The notes under the pieces: model-generated
Databases searched by the model: none
What the model was told of the DNA's origin: nothing
What the model saw: only the letters and a program-made list of their open reading frames with translations
Assembly (NCBI GenBank): GCA_965208835.1
Contig: OZ242358.1
Coordinates: 4,832,001-4,896,000, forward strand
DNA length: 64,000 nucleotides
Reading direction: 5' to 3'
Source: Candidatus Latescibacterota bacterium
Lineage (GTDB): Bacteria > Latescibacterota > UBA2968 > GCA-2709665
Program-made: the position numbers and the translations under genes
Shown here: piece by piece, positions 58,097 through 64,000 of the stretch
How positions within the stretch are numbered: position 1 is the first letter of the stretch
Layout: the number at the start of each line of letters is the position of its first letter

Positions 58097-58237
58097 AAGA
58101 AAGGCGGGGAGACGGGAGAGGTGAGACGGTAGAAGAAGCCCTTGCCGATCTGTTCTTCCGACTTGCCTGCGGCAGGAAAAGAACCCTCACGAGGCAGGCA
58201 ATCTCTCCCGTCTAACGTCTTAGGTCTTCCCGCTCTT
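58064..58237 (+). repeat. dispersed palindromic repeat, copy 7 of 7
   Basis: AAAGGCGGGGAGA..TGCC-TGC-GGCA..CCTCACGAGG..TCTTCCCGCTCTT. Confidence 0.9.
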
Positions 58238-58756
58238 AAGGAACACGCCGTAGGCAGGGAATATGAACAGAAATACGAACGATGGGATTTGCTTAATGCA
58301 GGTCTCTGTTTTTTGAATCAAATCATTATTTTTCTTTCTTTTACGTCCTTTTTCTTATGCGCGGAAGAAAAAGGACCAAAAAGAACCGCGCCCTTCGGCA
58401 GGGGGCCGGTTTTTCCGTAAATCACTCCAGAGGCTCAGATGGGGTTTTGGTGGCCTACCAATCGTTCAGAATTACCAATACGAGTGCGCTGGACGGATCG
58501 GCACGGAAAAACCCCCCATACCCCCGGTCGCCAGTTGTGAACACCATTGATTGGGCGAAACCTGCCATTCCTCCCTCTCTCCCGCGCGCATGGGGCAGGG
58601 GGGAGAGGTCCCGCGACGCACCGGATCATGCGTTTCGTTCTTGATCGGGGAACCTTTGTACGCTACCTTTCGGGGCATCGTGCAGGCCCGCCTGTGCCGA
58701 TACTTCCCGCAACGCGAGAAACTCTCTCCAGAACCTGTCCGGAAAAGTGAGCCCGA

Positions 58757-61110
58757 ATGCATCCCGCAGCACATTCCCCGTTCCGCACCGCCGCCGTTCT
58801 GGGCGCGGGTGTGATGGGATCGCAGATTGCCGCACACCTGGCAAACGCCGGCCTGTCCGTCCATCTTCTGGATCTTCCCGGCGACGGGAAGAACAGGAAC
58901 GCGATCGTCGAAGGCGCGTTGAAAGGCCTCGAGCGCGTCAGCCCGGCCCCCCTTTTTACGGAAGAAACCGTCCGCCGCATTACCCCCGGCAACATTGAAG
59001 ATGACTTCCATCGCACGACCGAAGCGGACTGGATCATCGAAGCCGTTGTCGAGAAGCCCCTCGTCAAACAACAGATGATGGCTCGCGTGGAGGCCGCCGC
59101 GAACAGCCGTGCCGTTATCTCCACCAACACGAGCGGCATTCCGATCCACCTGATCGCGCAGGACCGGTCCCCGGACTTCAAGAGCCGTTTCCTGGGAACG
59201 CACTTCTTCAACCCGCCGCGCTACCTCAAGCTCCTCGAACTCATCCCTCTTCCCGAAACCGATCCGGCCGTTGTCGAACGCGTCTCCGGGTTCGGCCGGG
59301 TACGGCTTGGCAAGGGCATCGTAATCGCAAACGACACCCCGGCTTCATCGGCAACCGCATCGGCGTGTACGCGATGATGCAGTGTATCCGGGCCTTTACG
59401 GATGGCGGATATACGATCGAGGAAATAGACGCCCTCACCGGACCGCTGCTGGGACGTCCGAGGTCGGCCACGTTCAGGACGGCCGACGTCGTCGGACTGG
59501 ACACCCTCACGCACGTCGCCGAATACCTGTATCGTGCTCTGCCGGAAGACGAAAGCCGCGACCTGTTCCAGGTTCCCGCGCCGGTCGCGCAACTCGTCGA
59601 GGACGGAGCCACCGGCGCCAAGGCGGGCAGGGGCTTCTACAGGAAAGAAGGCCGGGACATCCTCTCGTTCAACCCGGTTACCGGCGCCTACGAACCGCCC
59701 CGGGAACCGGTACTGGGCGATCTCGAACCCATTCGCAGCCAGAGAGAGCTCTCCCGACGCCTGCGCGACCTTTACGCGCTAGGTGGACGGGCGGGCGATT
59801 TCTTCCGGGAGCATCTCCTTGATACTCTGGGTTACAGCGCCCGCCGCATCCCCGAAATCACGACGAACCCCGCGGACATAGATCGGGCCCTTCGCTGGGG
59901 ATTCGGTTGGGAGGTCGGGCCCTTTGAAATGTGGGATATCATCGGGTTCGACAAGATCCTGGCGGACATGAAGGCTGAAAAGACCGCTCTGCCGGAATGG
60001 ATCGAAACCATGGCCGGGTCGGGAGCCGGAGGATTTCGCGATCGCTCACGGGTCTATCTCCCCGACCGCGGATACGTGCGGGAGTCCGGAACCACGGATG
60101 AATTCACGGCGCCCGCCGTCGACTCTGAAAAACAGCACGTCCACTGGCAAAACGAGGAAGCCGCTCTGCTGGACCTGGGCGACGATATCGCCCACTTTGA
60201 ATACCGCTCCAAGGCGAACTCGATGGGAGAAACCCTCGTACGCGGTCTCATCGACGCGGTCGACGTCGTCGAAGCGGGGAATTTCCGGGGAATGGTCATC
60301 TGCAACACGGGGAAGAACTTCTCAGTTGGCGCGAACCTGGGAGAAATGGTCGCGCACGCGGAACGGAAACGCTTCGACCTGATGGACCGGCTCCTGGTCA
60401 ATTTTCAACAGATGATCCAGCGTGTCCACTACGCCGCCAAACCCGTCGTGGTCGCCACCCACGGCCGCGTACTCGGCGGCGGCTGCGAACTCACGATGGC
60501 CTGCGCCAGCTCCGTGGCCGCGGCGGAATCCTACATCGGTCTTGTGGAACTCGCCGTAGGCCTCATCCCCGGCGGGTGCGGCACCATGCGCATGGCGGCG
60601 ATTTCGCACGAACGCGCCTCATCCGAACACGACAGTCACATCCAGCCCTTTCTGACCAGGGCCTTCGAAACGGTGGCCATGGCGAAGGTATCCAACAGCG
60701 CCCATCAGGCGCGGGAATACGGATTTCTGGCCGCCGGTTCGCCCATCGTCATGAACCAGGACCTCCGGCTCCAGGCCGCCCGTCAGGAAGTTCTGCGCCT
60801 TTCCGGCCAGGGGTACGCGCCGCCCCCGGTCCGCAATGCCATCCGGGTTCTCGGGCAGCCGGCACGCGCGCGGTTCGAGGTGACAACCCACAATATGCTC
60901 CGCTCGGGTTTCATCAGCGAATACGACCGCTTTCTGGCCAACCGGTTCGCCTACGTGCTGACCGGCGGCGATCTCACAGGCCCGGCGAACGTACACGAGG
61001 ACTACCTTCTCGAACTGGAGCGCGAAGTCTTTGTCGCCCTGACCGGCGAAGCAAAGACCCGGGAACGGATCCACAGCATTCTGCGCACCAACAGACCCCT
61101 GCGAAACTGA
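58757..61110 (+). CDS. 3-hydroxyacyl-CoA dehydrogenase/enoyl-CoA hydratase (FadN-like), frameshifted near 59340
   Basis: LGAGVMGSQIA, HFFNPPRY. The motif NDTPGFIGNR is broken by one missing C. C-terminal crotonase domain (LGGGCE, GLVE..GLIP.G.G). Confidence 0.85.
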
Positions 61111-61231
61111 CCGGGATTCATCGTTTTTCAGGAACGTTACACCGAATATATGCAAAATGCAGGTCCCCTTCTCTTGGCCACGGCTGTCCAGGATCAGTAC
61201 CGATTTGGGACCGGTGTGGTTGGCGTTCCCG

Positions 61232-61258
61232 GGAGCGAGGGCAGGATGCCCTCGCTCC
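61232..61258. repeat. perfect REP-like hairpin in an intergenic gap
   Basis: GGAGCGAGGGCA-GGA-TGCCCTCGCTCC. Confidence 0.6.
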
Positions 61259-61364
61259 GGTTACAGGTGGATCATGTCGTGATAGTGGTTGGAAAAGACG
61301 TTTTTGGACAGGTGTGGATTACCTGGATACAACAGGTCACTGGACGTGAGAGGTGTTGTCCGCC

Positions 61365-62552
61365 ATGAGCGAGGAAACATACATCGTCAGCAGCGTTCGC
61401 ACGGCCGTGGGCAAAGCCGGGAGAGGGGTCCTGCGCAACGTGCGGCCCGAAACCATGGGCGCGGCCGCCGTCAACGGCGCCATCGGCCGCGTGGAGGGCC
61501 TTCAGCCCGAAAGTATCGACGACGTGATCATGGGCTGCGCGTTTCCGGAAGCGCAGCAGGGCATGGTTCTCGGTCGCGTCGTCGCACAGAAGGCGGGCCT
61601 GCCAGATACGGTTCCCGGCGTAACCATCAACCGTTTTTGCGCATCCGGGCTGCAATCCATCGCGATGGCGCACCAGGCGGTCTCCGCGGGGCAGGCCGAC
61701 GTGATCGTGGCCGGCGGCGCCGAGTCCATGAGCCTGGTGCCCATGGGCGGAAACAATTTCATGCCGGACCCGGACATCACACGGGAAGACCCCGACCTCT
61801 ACATTGACATGGGAAACACCGCTGAAAACCTGGCGGAAAGCGAGAACATCTCCCGTGAGGAACAGGACCTCTTCGCCCTGCGTTCCCACCAGCGCGCACT
61901 CGCCGCCGCCGCGGAAGGCCGCTTCAACGACGAGATCGTGCCCCTCCACGTGGTGGACACGGTGTACGACAACGGACGGACGACATCCACCGAGACGACG
62001 TTCAGGGCCGACGAAGGGCCTCGCGCAGATACCAGCGCGGACGCCCTTGCCCGGCTGCGGCCGGTCTTTCGCGCGGGCGGCACCGTCACCGCGGGGAATG
62101 CCTCGCAGGTCTCGGACGGCGCTGCCGCAACGGTGGTGATGAGCGGGCGGACGGCAAGGGAACTGCAAGTGGAACCCATAGCGCGGCTCGCGGGTTATGC
62201 CGTGGCCGGCGTCGCGCCGGAAGTCATGGGCATCGGCCCGGCCGAAGCCGTGCCGAAAGCACTCCGGCAGGCGGGCCTCACCCAGGGAGATATCGGCCTG
62301 ATCGAACTGAACGAGGCCTTTGCGGCGCAGGCGCTCGCCGTCATCGGCAAACTGGACCTGGACCAGGATATCGTCAATGTCAACGGCGGGGCCATCGCGC
62401 TCGGCCATCCGCTGGGCTGCACCGGCGCCAAGCTCACCGCCACCCTTCTGCATGAGATGGCCCGCCGCAACGTCCGCTACGGCATCTGTACCATGTGTAT
62501 CGGCAGCGGTATGGGCGCCGCGGGTATTTTCGAAAACCTGACAGCCCGTTGA
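61365..62552 (+). CDS. fadA: acetyl-CoA C-acyltransferase (thiolase)
   Basis: [31 protein letters not shown]. Confidence 0.93.
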   Translation: MSEETYIVSSVRTAVGKAGRGVLRNVRPETMGAAAVNGAIGRVEGLQPESIDDVIMGCAFPEAQQGMVLGRVVAQKAGLPDTVPGVTINRFCASGLQSIAMAHQAVSAGQADVIVAGGAESMSLVPMGGNNFMPDPDITREDPDLYIDMGNTAENLAESENISREEQDLFALRSHQRALAAAAEGRFNDEIVPLHVVDTVYDNGRTTSTETTFRADEGPRADTSADALARLRPVFRAGGTVTAGNASQVSDGAAATVVMSGRTARELQVEPIARLAGYAVAGVAPEVMGIGPAEAVPKALRQAGLTQGDIGLIELNEAFAAQALAVIGKLDLDQDIVNVNGGAIALGHPLGCTGAKLTATLLHEMARRNVRYGICTMCIGSGMGAAGIFENLTAR

Positions 62553-62587
62553 AAAAGCCCATCCGGGCAGCTAAAGGTGTGAAATGC

Positions 62588-64000
62588 ATGGACGTTCTGA
62601 CTTCCTCCTTCGGCGTCCTTTCCCTTTCGTACGTCGAAACCACTGGCATCGCGGTTCTCGTATGCGTCCTGGGTTTCACGGGCGCGCCGCTGTGGCTGTG
62701 CACGGTCCTCTCGGCCGCGGGTCTATGGACATTCGGCGCTCCCGGCGGCCTCTGGTGGGGCTTCGGCGCCCTTGCGCTGCTCCTTAACGTGCGGCCGCTG
62801 CGCCGCAACCTGATTTCCTCTCCGATCCTCAAAATCATCAAAGCGCTCCGCCTCCTTCCCGTCATCTCGCCCACCGAACAGGCCGCCATCGAAGCCGGAA
62901 GCGTATGGATCGACGCCGACCTCTTCTCCGGCAAACCCGACTTCAGCCGTCTGAACGCCGAACCCTACCCCGATCTGAACGAAAGGGAACGCGCATTCCT
63001 CAGCGGCCCCGTGGAAGCCGCGTGCCGGCTGGCAGACGACTGGCGGATTCACCGGGACCGGGACCTGCCGCGGGAACTCTGGGATTATCTCAAAGAACAA
63101 AGATTCTACGGGATCATCATCCCCGAAGAATTCGGCGGCCTTGGATTCTCCGTCTCGGCTCACAGCGCCATTGTCGGCAAGCTGGCCTCCCGCTCCATGC
63201 CGCTCGCCGTTACCGTTATGGTGCCCAATTCGCTCGGACCGGCCGAACTGCTGATCCATTACGGCACCCGGGAACAGAAAGACCACTTCCTGCCGCGCCT
63301 TTCGCGCGGTGAGGAGATCCCCTGCTTCGCCCTCACCGAGCCGAACGCCGGTTCCGACGCCGGTAGCATCCGGTCCAGCGGGGTCGTCTTCATGGGCGAA
63401 GATGGGCGGCCGTATCTGCGTTTGAACTGGGACAAGCGATATATCACGCTCGCTTCGATCTCCACACTGATCGGCCTGGCCTTCAAACTCAAGGATCCGG
63501 ACAATCTGCTCGGCAGAGGCGCCAACCCGGGCATCACCTGCGCCCTCGTACCCCGCGACACGCCGGGCATTGTGGTGGACAGACGGCACGATCCAATGGG
63601 CGTGCCCTTTCACAATGCCCCCACCGAGGGCAGGGACGTCGTCGTTCCGGCCGATGCCATCATCGGCGGTACGGAAGGCGCCGGCCAGGGGTGGCGCATG
63701 CTCATGGAATCCCTGGCCGCGGGGCGCGGCATCTCGCTGCCGGCAACCGCGGCCTTCGGCGCCAAGCTGACCGCGCGGGTGGCGGGCGCCCACGCCACCG
63801 TACGCAAACAGTTCGGCCTTTCCATCGGCCGTTTCCAGGGCGTGGAGGAGCCGCTCGCGCGTATCGGCGGCTTTACCTACCTGATGGAAGCGGCGAGGCG
63901 TTTCACCTGCGGCGGCCTGGACGCGGGCGAGAAATCGGCGGTTGTCTCCGCCATCGTCAAGTTCAATCTCACGGAGCTCCATCGGCGCGCCATTCTGGAC
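62588..64000 (+). CDS. fadE: acyl-CoA dehydrogenase FadE-type (3' truncated by window)
   Basis: Read manually: N-terminal TM segments, LP.ISPTEQAAIEAGSVW..DLFSGKPDF, VMVPNSLGPAELL, PCFALTEP.AGSDA, WDKRYITLA. Confidence 0.9.
   Translation, partial: MDVLTSSFGVLSLSYVETTGIAVLVCVLGFTGAPLWLCTVLSAAGLWTFGAPGGLWWGFGALALLLNVRPLRRNLISSPILKIIKALRLLPVISPTEQAAIEAGSVWIDADLFSGKPDFSRLNAEPYPDLNERERAFLSGPVEAACRLADDWRIHRDRDLPRELWDYLKEQRFYGIIIPEEFGGLGFSVSAHSAIVGKLASRSMPLAVTVMVPNSLGPAELLIHYGTREQKDHFLPRLSRGEEIPCFALTEPNAGSDAGSIRSSGVVFMGEDGRPYLRLNWDKRYITLASISTLIGLAFKLKDPDNLLGRGANPGITCALVPRDTPGIVVDRRHDPMGVPFHNAPTEGRDVVVPADAIIGGTEGAGQGWRMLMESLAAGRGISLPATAAFGAKLTARVAGAHATVRKQFGLSIGRFQGVEEPLARIGGFTYLMEAARRFTCGGLDAGEKSAVVSAIVKFNLTELHRRAILD

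Noticed and set aside
5696-58237. Repeat family as a CRISPR array or integron attC cassette array
   Set aside because: Copies are dispersed among housekeeping genes, with no repeat-spacer periodicity, no cas or intI gene and no consistent RYYYAAC/GTTRRRY ends

Overview
GC-rich bacterial chromosomal segment with about 50 mostly metabolic, housekeeping and transport genes. These include smc, epmA, pepA, pyrE, modBC, an mgtE cluster, a LolA-like gene, UPF0182, a YtrA-type GntR/ABC operon, several oxidoreductases and hydrolases, and a fatty-acid beta-oxidation operon at the right end. I found no rRNA, tRNA, CRISPR array, transposase or prophage. Two signals stand out. (1) An AbgB/M20-family amidohydrolase has an in-frame TGA at its conserved metal-binding Cys codon (GHG-C-GHN), followed by a SECIS-like hairpin, so it is a candidate selenoprotein that ORF callers split in two. 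(2) A 170-250 bp palindromic intergenic element occurs 7 times, always in the same orientation, with heptamer-repeat arms and an apical hairpin showing compensatory changes and a GNA triloop on the minus strand. It is a candidate ssDNA-structured REP/MITE-like element. Smaller findings are an uncalled 52-aa membrane protein after an SSS symporter, a five-copy ~30-aa repeat in a TlpA protein, a split LamG/beta-propeller protein, a 32-bp perfect operator palindrome, other REP-like repeats, and a one-base frameshift in a fadN-like gene. All product calls come from motif recognition by eye; no database search was run.
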